DNA of 64,000 nucleotides. Source: an uncultured Bacillota bacterium. Lineage in GTDB: Bacteria > Bacillota > DTU025 > MWDF01. The translations under genes were made by a program, and so were the position numbers. A model generated the notes under the pieces. That model was not told the DNA's origin. It searched no databases and saw nothing but the letters and a program-made list of their open reading frames with translations. The stretch lies in NCBI GenBank assembly GCA_963823655.1, contig CAWGMK010000012.1:32001-96000 (forward strand). Reading direction: 5' to 3'. How positions within the stretch are numbered: the stretch's first letter is position 1; each line of letters begins with the position of its first letter. Of the stretch, positions 1 through 9,596 are shown piece after piece.

Positions 1-1
1 T

Positions 2-388
2 TCTAGACTAAATCAAGAGTTTAACGGCGGTGTAAAAAGACCTCCAGCTAAGATAATTGAACACCTAAATATAAATCGTAACGAATTGATTGCCGTAGCA
101 GAGATAAGTGGTAAAATCGTTGGTTTTGGCTGTGCTCAAAGCTTTTATTCATTTTGTTATGAAGAACCACACGGAGAAATTACCGAACTCTATGTAGAAG
201 AAGCCGCTCGAAGAAAAGGAATTGCAATTGCAATTATTTCTTGTCTGGAAGAAAACCTTAGAGAACGCGGAGTAAAAAGTATGAAGGTACTGACAGGTAG
301 AAGGAATAACGCTGCAATTAGAACGTATGAACATTGCAATTATGTTAAAGACGATGAACAGATGTTAAAGAAAAGGTTGGAGGATTAA
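2..388 (+). CDS. GNAT-family N-acetyltransferase (5' end outside window)
   Basis: Frame open from base 2; motif A ITELYVEEAARRKGIA and C-terminal NNAAIRTYEH. Confidence 0.85.
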   Translation, partial: SRLNQEFNGGVKRPPAKIIEHLNINRNELIAVAEISGKIVGFGCAQSFYSFCYEEPHGEITELYVEEAARRKGIAIAIISCLEENLRERGVKSMKVLTGRRNNAAIRTYEHCNYVKDDEQMLKKRLED

Positions 389-392
389 GTGC

Positions 393-464
393 AGAACGAT
401 AGTTGAACAAACCTAAAAAGGCTGCTGCGTGCAGCCTTTTGTGCTAACGGGCATCTATATTAAA
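393..464 (+). repeat. Intergenic cassette-like element: right arm GATAGTTGAA, terminator hairpin, then GCTAAC-GGGCAT site
   Basis: AGAACGATAGTTGAACA (393-409), hairpin AAAAGGCTGC..GCAGCCTTTT (416-440), CTAACGGGCA (444-453); same layout at 2468-2553. Confidence 0.7.
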
Positions 465-527
465 AAGATAATAGAAAAGTGCGTATCCTGGATTATGTAG
501 CTGATAATCGAAAGGTAGGTTCGGAAT

Positions 528-770
528 TTGGCGACATATGTAATACTGATCAAAGAGTACGATGATACAGAGAAGGTAATTTATAAATTTGGTCCGACGG
601 AAGAACGAATGGGAAGAATTGAATTTGACAAAGTTGTTGAAGAATTTAGGGAACTAGAGCAAGTACCTAATACAAAAAATGACCATACATTCATGAGGGC
701 CGTTTCAGCTATTGCAAGATGCTATAAAGAGGGGAAAGGATTCCCAGATAGAACTTTTTTTGCTTCATAA
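528..770 (+). CDS. Small hypothetical protein, possibly immunity-protein-like
   Basis: 80-aa ORF, TTG start after AAAGGTAGG; no recognisable catalytic motif. Confidence 0.6.
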   Translation: MATYVILIKEYDDTEKVIYKFGPTEERMGRIEFDKVVEEFRELEQVPNTKNDHTFMRAVSAIARCYKEGKGFPDRTFFAS

Positions 771-824
771 ATTATTTCACTAAAGTCAAACCACCTTCCG
801 ACCAAACTGGGTCTCTTTTTGCTA

Positions 825-850
825 TTCAACTATCGGGCAAAAGAACGCAA
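825..850 (+). repeat. Cassette-like site TTCAACTATC-GGGCAA-
   Basis: Left arm TTCAACTATC is the exact reverse complement of GATAGTTGAA at 398-407; same GGGCA spacer. Confidence 0.65.
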
Positions 851-862
851 TCATTCAAAACT

Positions 863-1255
863 TTATTGAGGATGATTTTTAGAATGTCTACGAGTGACAT
901 TGATACTATCTTGGATACACCAATCTTCACCAAATACTTCAACTACAAAATGGTCGTGTATTGTATCGTCTTTATCATATTTCCAAACACAAATCCAATC
1001 AGTTTTGAAGCCTGATTCTTCACAAATGAGTTTTCGATTTACCCATTGTTGAGTTCCAGTTGGAACTCTCCACACTTTTATTTTCTTTGCATAAGAGGTT
1101 GTAACATGAATTTCCATTTCCCCGCTACCCTCTGGAATATATGTCCAGTTACCTTCAGGAGTAGGTGTGGTTTCAATTTTCATCAATGGCGACGCTTGTG
1201 CAATTGTTGTAAAAAAACAAAACAGGATCAGGAAGCTGAATATCTTTCCAAACAT
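863..1255 (-). CDS. Secreted hypothetical protein
   Basis: 130 aa with Sec signal (…FFTTIAQA-S); RBS GGGGTG. Confidence 0.7.
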   Translation of the reverse strand: MFGKIFSFLILFCFFTTIAQASPLMKIETTPTPEGNWTYIPEGSGEMEIHVTTSYAKKIKVWRVPTGTQQWVNRKLICEESGFKTDWICVWKYDKDDTIHDHFVVEVFGEDWCIQDSINVTRRHSKNHPQ

Positions 1256-1339
1256 GTAATTTTCACCCCAAAATAATATGCCCCAATACGATGTTTTTCT
1301 TCACAGCATTTTGCCTTGTCCAAAAGTTGAAAAACGGTA

Positions 1340-1365
1340 TTACGCTAACGGGCAGAATTGCAACA
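1340..1365 (+). repeat. Cassette-like site TTACGCTAAC-GGGCAG-
   Basis: CTAACGGGCAG at 1345-1355, intergenic. Confidence 0.65.
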
Positions 1366-1565
1366 AATTAATCATGTTTACAGTTATATTAAGTGAAGGA
1401 AGATGGTTACATAAAAACACCACTTTGCAACCTATCATTTCCAAATATTTATCATTGTTGTTGATATTAAGCAATTATAAATAATTGGAATGAATTAATA
1501 TCGGAAATCATGCAAACATGTAATCGTCTACCTTAACTTTAAATTCGAGGAGAATGCTATCATAT

Positions 1566-2450
1566 ATGAAGAAGTTATTAGTTTTTATTTCCGTCACTTT
1601 AGTATTTACTATATTAACGGGTTGTAAACAGATCCGCAAGCGATTCCATAATTATACCATCACCAACGACCACGATAACGCCAACAATATCGCCAGGAAT
1701 CCAACCGCAACGCCAGTAGCCTGGAAATGATGCACACAAGCTTGTTCCAATGACGTTTCAACTTAGTCAAGAACAAGTTAAGGCTATGTTCGGTGACAAA
1801 TATGTAGAAATGAATGACCCTCAGTTGGTAGCGAAGCTAAGATTTGGCGTTATGATATTCAACCAAGCAAGGACTATAAGCCTGAAGGACAAGCTATTGA
1901 CGTTAACGGCATAGAAAATGGTAACCTTAAAGGACAAGTGTTTGTGACTTGGTCAGTAGAGCGGAAGTTAATAAGTATTGCTAGTCATTACCTATTGAAT
2001 GGTAAAGTGATAGAGTCGCGGATTAGCGAATCTGAATTGAAAAAAGCTTACTCAGATAAAAAGAAACTTGGCGATAATGAACCTGGAAATGATGTGCGAA
2101 ACCCTATGTCCCTTCAATTAACCAAAGAACAAATTCAAGGAATGTTTGGTGACAACTACACGGAAGTCATTGACGCTATGACAGGCGAGTGGAAAGTATG
2201 GCGGTATGATATTCAACCCAAAAGTGGTTATAAATCAGATTATGATATTTACAAAAATGGAGTAGTTGATGAAAGTGGCTTGAAATCCCAAACATTAAAG
2301 CACAAGCGTTCGTTACTTGGGACCCAAATGGAAAACTAATCGGATTGAGTTGTTTATACTTAAAGAACGGTTCGATGTCAGACTTTGGATTAAACGAATA
2401 TACGTTAATACAAGTATATGGACAGCAGGTAACTCCTTCAAAATAAATGC
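1566..2450 (+). pseudogene. Frameshifted lipoprotein with an internally duplicated domain
   Basis: MKKLLVF…ILTGC lipobox from 1566; two copies of M-x-x-QL-x-x-EQ-x-x-x-MFGD-x-Y-x-E…WRYDIQP in different frames; end approximate. Confidence 0.6.
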
Positions 2451-2467
2451 AAACCGAGCATACTTTG

Positions 2468-2553
2468 TTGAGCTAACTTTGAGAACGATAGTTAAACATC
2501 AGAAGGGCTACCGCGAAGCCCTTCTCTCCGCTAACAGTCAGGAAAGTTCGAAT
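2468..2553 (+). repeat. Paired cassette-like sites flanking a hairpin
   Basis: GAGCTAAC-TTTGAGAAC-GATAGTTAAAC, hairpin AGAAGGGCT..AGCCCTTCT (2501-2525), CCGCTAAC-AGTCAG-GAAAGTTCGAA. Confidence 0.7.
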
Positions 2554-2634
2554 TATGTCTTGTTAAATGGCTATCCAGTCTAATACTTAATTTACAATGA
2601 ACATCAGACCGCTACGTTTCATCACTTTGTGCCA

Positions 2635-3195
2635 TTATGGAGTTTCACCAAAATTGAACCATTTGGTAACGCGTTTAACTTTGGTAAAGCCTAGGTAGGT
2701 ATACCGAATCGTGACTTCTTGAAGGGGCCCTTCGTCGTACCGAACGACGACTCCGTAATGTATGGGTGTTTGCTTATTCGAGTTCACTTTACTTGCAAGA
2801 ATGGTTCGAATCTCTTAATCGGATAATTGCGATTGGATAGATGCGTCATGCAAATCCATAAGTTTAGTCGCAGGGTCTGTCTGATCCCCCAAAAATTGCA
2901 CAAGGCCGCCGGAATCATAGGTAATGCCAAGTTGAACGCGATTCGGCACCTTCTCGCCATTGACAGTCACGCTTTGAATGTCGATACCCGATTCGCTCCT
3001 ATTGACAACCTCAATGGTATAAACCTTATAATTGCCGACCGGGTCCGTATATACGGTCAAACCGTTATCAATCAACGGGTCGGCACGATGATACCAAATG
3101 ATAGCTGCAATCACAACCATGGCAGCCAAAGTGCCAATCATAGCTACAAGCCGTGAAATACCCGTAAGTCGTTTCAATGACAACCCTCCAGTCAT
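2635..3195 (-). pseudogene. Membrane-anchored hypothetical protein with an in-frame stop at 2815
   Basis: N-terminal TM helix; reading continues in frame after TAA (EIRTILASKVNS…KWFNFGETP*). Confidence 0.6.
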
Positions 3196-3259
3196 ATTTC
3201 CCCCTTAGGTTACGATCCTAATGTCGACTCGTTTATTATCGCCAAAGGAAATGGCTACC

Positions 3260-3285
3260 GTTTTCTAACGGGCAGCATAGCGAAT
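3260..3285 (+). repeat. Cassette-like site TTCTAAC-GGGCAG-CATAGCGAAT
   Basis: CTAACGGGCAG at 3265-3275, intergenic. Confidence 0.65.
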
Positions 3286-3399
3286 GTTTATAAGGAAAAG
3301 GGGTTGCACATGATTTTTTCGAATATCTATTTTTACTAACGAATAAATGAGTTAATACCATTAAGGGGATTCTTTATGGCGGTCTTTCCGAGAACGAAG

Positions 3400-3829
3400 C
3401 GGATGAATCATTAAGAAGAAAAATACAAAAAGGATTGAATAAAGGAGAAGCCATGAATGGACTGGCAAGAGCTATTTTCTTCGGAAAACAAGGAGAGCTT
3501 AGGGAACGAACCATACAGCATCAATTGCAAAGAGCCAGTGCTTTAAACATAATTATCAATGCCATTAGTGTCTGGAATACCCTACATCTGACAAAAGCAG
3601 TTGAATACCAAAAAGGTTTAGGTAGTTTTAATGTAGATTTGTTGCATCATATGTCTCCTTTAGGCTGGGAGCATATCAATTTACTAGGAGAGTACCGTTT
3701 TAATTCTGAAAAAATGGTTGCGTTAGATTCTCTAAGACCACTAAAACTTTCTTAACGTTGTTAAAACTGGGGTAATCGTCTTGAAAATAGGCTTAGCGTT
3801 GTAAATCCGCATTTTCCTGACGGTACCCC
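3400..3829 (+). mobile_element. tnpA: Tn3-family (Tn1546-like) remnant 1: tnpA 3' end plus 38-bp terminal IR
   Basis: LNKGEAMNGLARAIFFG…SPLGWEHINLLGEY…LRPLKLS; IR 3792-3829, reverse complement GGGGTACCGTCAGGAAAATGCGGATTTACAACGCTAAG. Confidence 0.92.
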
Positions 3830-3956
3830 TATTATAGTCCGGTGTGTAATCCAGGTCCCTCCAATCAGTCCATACCTGATTGTAGCCCATGGCTGTGACA
3901 TTGACTTGAAGGTTGTCGAGATAAAGCCGGATCAATTGGTGTTGGGAATGTTTCAT
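3830..3956 (-). pseudogene. N-terminal fragment of an AraC-family regulator, cut by the Tn3 IR
   Basis: MKHSQHQLIRLYLDNLQVNVTAMGYNQVWTDWRDLDYTPDYN runs directly into the IR; resembles Paenibacillus AraC cupin N-termini; divergent from the catabolic genes. Confidence 0.6.
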
Positions 3957-4044
3957 GGCTGCTCTCCGATCCTTTGAGCAATATGAAGATTATTATAAGC
4001 TTATCATGCTATTGAATCAATGAACCTTAAGCCATCATTGGGCA

Positions 4045-4085
4045 ATGTCTAGATCGTTCTATTCCCCCGTCCAAATAATCAAGGT
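4045..4085 (+). promoter_or_regulatory. Shared activator-type operator, copy 1
   Basis: ATGTCTAGATCGTTCTA-N15-AATCAAGGT, followed by extended -10 TGTGTAATAT. Confidence 0.65.
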
Positions 4086-4137
4086 TTTTAATCAAACTGT
4101 GTAATATTATCAAAATAGAAAGACAGCAACATATAAC

Positions 4138-4151
4138 TGAATGCGCTTTCA
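4138..4151 (+). promoter_or_regulatory. cre site (CcpA catabolite repression)
   Basis: TGAATGCGCTTTCA is close to the cre consensus TGWAARCGYTWNCA and sits in the leader of a catabolic operon. Confidence 0.6.
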
Positions 4152-4257
4152 AAAAAACAAATAGGGAGAACCCAGATGAAGACACGAAAAAAGTTACTTC
4201 GCTTCACCAAAGGCTTCCGCCGTACTTGCAAGCGGTTCTGAAACGGCTTCTTATTCC

Positions 4258-5907
4258 TTGTCTGCCAATCGGACAACGCCCAACATCGGAGATACCGTGC
4301 AGATCACAGTGCAGGGATCGAACTTGAGCAATCTGTATGGTGTTGAAGCCAAGCTATCCTATACGAAGGATCGGCTGAAGGTCGTCGGCTCGCTCAGCAG
4401 CCTGATCGCTTTCTCCGATATGAAGAATAATTCCGAGACTGGCCGCATTACCGTCTTCGCCACTCATCTGGGCAACACTGCAGGCATTTCGGACAACGCT
4501 GCATTGTTTACGATTACATTCGAAGGCCTCTCGGTTGGACAAGCCGACGTCCAGCTGCTTGAGGTAACTGCGCTGGACAAGGATTCGAACAAGACCGTAT
4601 GGACTGCAGGAGACAAGATCAATGTCAGCTATGTGAACAATACAGGAAATGGTACTCCAACGGCAACGCCAACAGCAACGCCAACAGCAACGCCAACTCC
4701 AACGCCAAAGAATGGCAAGCCTGTCGTTTCCAAGAATTCAATTCGACTTGGCGCCCGAATGGACGAGAACAAAAAGGCGGCCGTCTCGACGGTTGGTAGC
4801 GAAAGCTTGAAGAAAGCGAAGGAGCAAGTCCCTTCATCGGGCAAGAACGGCGCCAAGACTGTCGGAATCGAGATATCTGAAGTGAAGGGCGCACAAAAGT
4901 ATGAGCTGGAAATTCCATCAGATGCGCTGCGGGATTCGGAATCGAATATTGTCTATGAAATTACAACATCGGTAGGGAAAATCACCATTCCGAGCGGCAT
5001 GCTCTCCAATACCAACGTAAACACCAATCAGGTTTCGGTTAGCATCGGCAGAGCGGACGTAAGCGCGCTGAATGACAAAATGCAGGAGAAAATTGGCGAC
5101 CGCCCTTTTCTTGAGCTTCATGTGCAGTCCGGTGGGGAAATCATAGCATGGAACAATCCGAAAGCACCGGTAACCATTACCACTGCTTATACACCTTCCG
5201 CCAATGAGCTTAAGCATCCGGAGAAGATCGTCGTGTGGTACATCGACGCACAAGGCGAGGCTCAGGTGATCAAGAATGGAAAGTATGATCCGGCAACCGG
5301 TCAAGTCACATTTTCGACTACGCATTTCAGCGTATTCGCATTCGCCTATGTTAACAAAACCTTCGCAGACATCGAAGGGTTGGACTGGGCGCAATCAGGT
5401 ATTGAAGCCATGGCTGCCAGGGAGATCATCCTTGGAATGGACGAAGAGCATTTTGAGCCGGGTCTGGAAATCAAGCGTTCGGATTATTTGCTGATGCTGA
5501 TGCGCGCCTTGGAGCTGGATAGTGCGGCTGCGGATGAGGAGACCGCAGCGGCCTTCGAAGACACGGATACTAAGGCGTATTACAGCAAGGCGCTTGCGCA
5601 AGCCAAAAATTTGAGGATCGTTGAAGGCGATCTGGATAATCGGTTCCGCCCGGGGGACTCCATAACGCGCCAGGACGCGATCGTATTGGCGCAGCGGGCG
5701 ATGGCGGCAGCCGATAAAGATTTGCCTCCAAGCGATGCAGCATTGCTGCAGTTCCACGATAACGATGACATTTCTTCCTATGCAGCGGACAGCGTGGCAG
5801 CATTGTCCACATCGGGCATCATTCAGGGTTATGACGGCTATCTTCATCCGAAGGAGTTGCTGACACGAGCGCAAGCCGCTGTCATGATTAGCAAAGCAAT
5901 AAACTAA
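4258..5907 (+). CDS. Cohesin-domain / PT-linker / three-SLH cell-surface protein (5' end probably damaged)
   Basis: Cohesin-like N-terminus (GDTVQITV…LYGVEAKLSY…LFTITF), TPTATPTATPTPTP linker, TTHFSVF, SLH motifs (FRPGDSITRQDA, LTRAQAAVMI); RBS-preceded ATG at 4176 is out of frame. Confidence 0.85.
   Translation: MSANRTTPNIGDTVQITVQGSNLSNLYGVEAKLSYTKDRLKVVGSLSSLIAFSDMKNNSETGRITVFATHLGNTAGISDNAALFTITFEGLSVGQADVQLLEVTALDKDSNKTVWTAGDKINVSYVNNTGNGTPTATPTATPTATPTPTPKNGKPVVSKNSIRLGARMDENKKAAVSTVGSESLKKAKEQVPSSGKNGAKTVGIEISEVKGAQKYELEIPSDALRDSESNIVYEITTSVGKITIPSGMLSNTNVNTNQVSVSIGRADVSALNDKMQEKIGDRPFLELHVQSGGEIIAWNNPKAPVTITTAYTPSANELKHPEKIVVWYIDAQGEAQVIKNGKYDPATGQVTFSTTHFSVFAFAYVNKTFADIEGLDWAQSGIEAMAAREIILGMDEEHFEPGLEIKRSDYLLMLMRALELDSAAADEETAAAFEDTDTKAYYSKALAQAKNLRIVEGDLDNRFRPGDSITRQDAIVLAQRAMAAADKDLPPSDAALLQFHDNDDISSYAADSVAALSTSGIIQGYDGYLHPKELLTRAQAAVMISKAIN
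4654..4707 (+). repeat. 12-bp coding tandem repeat (Thr-Pro-Thr-Ala linker)
   Basis: (ACGCCAACAGCA)n. Confidence 0.85.
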
Positions 5908-6023
5908 GGAACTGTAGCCCTGCCAGAGCCTAAGCTAACATCGTTCGTATGCCAGAAACGCTAGAATTAATGCGCCGCGGCTTGCTGTGGGCAACACGAT
6001 AACGATTATGGGGGAAGTAAGCG

Positions 6024-7118
6024 ATGAGTAAGAAGAAAGTTGGTATTATTGGTTGCGGCAATATTAGTGCTGCTTATATGAAAAATATTCCTACCTTTGA
6101 GCATTTGGAACTGCTCGCGTGTGCCGATATCGATTTGGCTAGAGCAAAAGCTCGGGCGGAGGAATTCAGTATTCCTCATGCGTATTCGGTTCAAGAGCTA
6201 TTGAATGATCCGAATATTGACATTGTGATTAATTTGACGATTCCGGCAGCGCATGCCGAGGTCTGTATTCAAGTAATGGAAGCGGGCAAACACGTGTATG
6301 TAGAGAAGCCGCTCGCTGTAACCCGTGGGGAAGGTTTGCAGATCCTAGAAGTTGCGCGCCGCAAGGGATTGCTGGTTGGCAGTGCACCGGATACGTTCCT
6401 CGGAGGAGGCATCCAAACGTGTGTGAAGCTGATTAATGACGGCTGGATTGGCACACCGATTGCAGCAACGGCATTCATGATGGGCAAAGGCCCTGAGCAT
6501 TGGCACCCGGATCCTGAATTTTATTATGCAAAAGGCGGCGGCCCTATGTTCGATATGGGTCCATACTACTTAACAGCTCTTGTGGCTTTGCTTGGGCCAA
6601 TTCGCCGAGTAACCGGCTCTGCTGCCGCTAGTTTCCCGGAGCGTACAATTTCTAGCGAGAAGAAGCGTGGGCAAAAAATTACAGTAGATACCCCAACGCA
6701 TATTGCTGGAGTACTGGATTTCCATAGCGGTGCGATTGCAACGCTTGTAACAAGCTTTGATATTATGGGAGGCACTCAGCTGCCGAACATCGAGATCTAC
6801 GGCAGTCAAGGTTCTTTACGCGTTCCGGATCCGAACACATTCGGAGGTCAGGTGCTTATTCGCAAAGGCGGTTCCGATTGGGAGCCGATTCCTCTGTCGC
6901 ACGGTTACAAAGAAAACCACCGCGGTTTAGGCGTTGCTGCGATGGCTGAGGCCTTGATAAGCGGCAAAAGTGATGCACACCGCGCGAATGGGGAGCTGGC
7001 GTACCACGTGCTGGAGGCGATGCATGGCTTCCACGACGCGTCCGACTCAGGCAAGCATTATGTGATGCAAAGCAGCTGTGAGAGACCAACCCCGTTGTCA
7101 CCTGATTCTGTGCTATAA
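6024..7118 (+). CDS. Gfo/Idh/MocA-family oxidoreductase
   Basis: VGIIGCGNIS, AGKHVYVEKP, GGGPMFDMGPYY. Confidence 0.93.
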   Translation: MSKKKVGIIGCGNISAAYMKNIPTFEHLELLACADIDLARAKARAEEFSIPHAYSVQELLNDPNIDIVINLTIPAAHAEVCIQVMEAGKHVYVEKPLAVTRGEGLQILEVARRKGLLVGSAPDTFLGGGIQTCVKLINDGWIGTPIAATAFMMGKGPEHWHPDPEFYYAKGGGPMFDMGPYYLTALVALLGPIRRVTGSAAASFPERTISSEKKRGQKITVDTPTHIAGVLDFHSGAIATLVTSFDIMGGTQLPNIEIYGSQGSLRVPDPNTFGGQVLIRKGGSDWEPIPLSHGYKENHRGLGVAAMAEALISGKSDAHRANGELAYHVLEAMHGFHDASDSGKHYVMQSSCERPTPLSPDSVL

Positions 7119-7227
7119 AAAGTTTTAACAGCATCCTCCTCTTAAGTAAGAGGGGGTATTTTATCGAGGGTATTTCAACAACGGGCGTCAAAGGCTGAAT
7201 AGGTGCTGTCCCAACTCTGAACAAAAA

Positions 7228-9201
7228 ATGGAGGAATTAGAATTGAAACATATTGTTGCTGAAACAAAATTATTACCGTTAACCGATGTCAAAATCCAAG
7301 ATTCATTCTGGTCAAGTTATATCAACTTAGTTCGTGATGTTGTTGTTCCTTACCAATGGGATGCTTTAAACGACCGGATTCCTAACGCTGAACCGAGTCA
7401 TGCCATTAAAAACTTCAAGATCGCGGCGGGACTTGAGCAGGGCGAATTTTACGGGATGGTGTTCCAGGACAGCGATGTGGCGAAATGGCTGGAAGCTGTC
7501 GGCTATCTATTGTCGACGGAGAGAGACCCAGAGCTTGAGCGGATCGCCGACGAAGTCATCGACATTATTGCAAAAGCTCAGCATGAAGACGGCTATTTGA
7601 ATACCTACTATACATTAAAAGAGCCTGGAAAACGGTGGACAAATCTAGCCGAGTGTCATGAATTATACTGCGCAGGCCACATGATCGAAGCGGGTGTCGC
7701 TTACTACCAAGCAACAGGAAAGCATAAGATTCTCGATGTCGTTAGCAAATTTGCAGATTATATCGACGAGGTATTTGGAACGGCTCCCGGCAAGCTGCAG
7801 GGATATGACGGCCACCAGGAGATTGAATTGGCTTTAATGAGGCTGTACGACGCAACCAGTAACGAGAAGTATATGCGTTTATGCCAATTTTTCCTGGAGG
7901 AGAGAGGGAAGGAGCCGCATTTTTACGATATCGAGTTCGAAAAACGCGGCGGTACAACGCATTTTGGGCGATGGATTATTGACGATAAAAAATATAGCCA
8001 AGCCCATGCTCCGATTCATAAGCAGGACAAAGCAGTAGGACATGCGGTAAGGTTCGTATATATGTGCACAGGTATGGCACATTTGGCTGCTGCAACTGGC
8101 GATCCTGAGATGCTTGAAGCATGCAAAGGGTTATGGGACAACATGGAAAGGAAGCAGATGTACATTACAGGCGGCATCGGCTCTCAAAGTCATGGGGAAG
8201 CGTTTAGTATGGATTATGACTTGCCGAATGATACGGTTTATGCGGAAACATGCGCATCGATCGGTCTCATCTTCTTTGCTCAGCGCATGCTGATGCTGCA
8301 GCCGAACAGCCGTTATGCGGACGCGATGGAGAGGTCCTTATACAATACGGTAATCGGCGGTATGTCACGAGATGGCAAAAGCTTCTTCTACGTCAACCCG
8401 CTTGAAGTACATCCGCAGGCATGTGGAGCGAACCATATTTATCATCATGTGAAGCCGGTTCGTCAAGGCTGGTTCGGATGCGCATGCTGTCCACCTAACG
8501 TTGCCCGTTTGCTGGCATCACTCGGCCAATATGTATATACGGTTTGTGAAAACACTGTATATGCAAACCTATATATCAGCGGGGAAGCCAAACTGGAGTT
8601 GAACGGAAATCGGATCGTCATCAATCAAACATCCAATTATCCTTGGGATGGATATATTCGTTTTGCGGTCGAAGCGGATCGTCCAGCCGAATTTACACTT
8701 GCGCTGCGAATTCCGGATTGGTGCGATCAAGCGGCAATTTCGGTTAATGGTGTAACGAAGTCGCTTGACGGGCTAGTAGTCGATGGGTATGCAATGCTGC
8801 AAGGAGCATGGAAGAAGGGCGATCAAATTGAGCTCATACTTCAGATGACCGTTGCGCGCATGAAAGGGCATCCGCTTGTACGTCAAACGGCAGGAAAAAC
8901 AGCTCTTCAGCGCGGTCCACTCGTTTATTGCCTGGAAGAAGCAGACAATGGACCGAATTTGCATCATATCCTTCTGCCGAAAGAAGCAGAACTTGAAGCT
9001 AAGGAAGATTCAGCCCTGTTCGGCGGAATGCACACCATTACCGCTGCAGGAAGCAGACGGAGTGCGGACAATTGGGGAGAAGGCTTATATAAACGGAATG
9101 CGAAGGTTGAGGACGTAGAAGCATACCTGAAGTTTATCCCGTATTTCGCATGGGCAAACCGCGGCGAAGGCGAGATGCGAGTATGGGTTGACGAAAAATA
9201 A
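7228..9201 (+). CDS. GH127 beta-L-arabinofuranosidase family protein
   Basis: FQDSDVAKWLEA, HELYCAGH, GHAVR, ETCASIG, CACCPPN; probable start TTG 7243. Confidence 0.93.
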   Translation: MEELELKHIVAETKLLPLTDVKIQDSFWSSYINLVRDVVVPYQWDALNDRIPNAEPSHAIKNFKIAAGLEQGEFYGMVFQDSDVAKWLEAVGYLLSTERDPELERIADEVIDIIAKAQHEDGYLNTYYTLKEPGKRWTNLAECHELYCAGHMIEAGVAYYQATGKHKILDVVSKFADYIDEVFGTAPGKLQGYDGHQEIELALMRLYDATSNEKYMRLCQFFLEERGKEPHFYDIEFEKRGGTTHFGRWIIDDKKYSQAHAPIHKQDKAVGHAVRFVYMCTGMAHLAAATGDPEMLEACKGLWDNMERKQMYITGGIGSQSHGEAFSMDYDLPNDTVYAETCASIGLIFFAQRMLMLQPNSRYADAMERSLYNTVIGGMSRDGKSFFYVNPLEVHPQACGANHIYHHVKPVRQGWFGCACCPPNVARLLASLGQYVYTVCENTVYANLYISGEAKLELNGNRIVINQTSNYPWDGYIRFAVEADRPAEFTLALRIPDWCDQAAISVNGVTKSLDGLVVDGYAMLQGAWKKGDQIELILQMTVARMKGHPLVRQTAGKTALQRGPLVYCLEEADNGPNLHHILLPKEAELEAKEDSALFGGMHTITAAGSRRSADNWGEGLYKRNAKVEDVEAYLKFIPYFAWANRGEGEMRVWVDEK

Positions 9202-9366
9202 AAGGGAAATTCCCGGGGAGAGCGTCAACTAAGCTTGCTTGGGTCGATAGTTTCGCAGATATTGTCAGGCTTACCTATGATTATGGGCAAGTGGATGTCG
9301 AAGTACTGCCTAGATTGGTTGTTCCAATCGACGACAGAGAAACCCCTATAGTTATGAAGGGATAGC

Positions 9367-9404
9367 AAAAGGTCCGAGGATTATCGTCTCGGACCCTTTT
9401 TTTT
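9367..9404 (+). terminator. Rho-independent terminator
   Basis: GGTCCGAG-GATTATCGT-CTCGGACC followed by a T run. Confidence 0.8.
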
Positions 9405-9427
9405 ATGGAACGTAAGGAGCTGGGAAG

Positions 9428-9596
9428 TTACCAAGTACGTTGTTTACGCATAATGGGGATGACCGTCTGGGTTACTGCCATCAGGCCGAAAACGTTCGTG
9501 CCGTATTTGCCGTTATCTTTTTCAATGATCTTCCGTCTAACCTTCTTAGGGTGATAGTTCTGCAGTTTGGTTTGGATTTCCGAAACCAGTTCCTCG
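9428..9596 (-). pseudogene. Short-chain dehydrogenase fragment
   Basis: TNVFGLMAVTQTVIPIMRKQR is an SDR helix motif; abuts the tnpA remnant. Confidence 0.4.

Noticed and set aside
380-3290. Classical integron attC sites
   Set aside because: GTTRRRY/TAAC motifs are present, but the sites are only about 26 bp with no long attC stem or L boxes, and there is no intI. Kept as a distinct candidate system instead.
9440-9596. N-terminal extension of the 284-aa tnpA ORF
   Set aside because: Transposase similarity starts only at TAGYTDQ (about 9597); the upstream part is the antisense of an SDR fragment.
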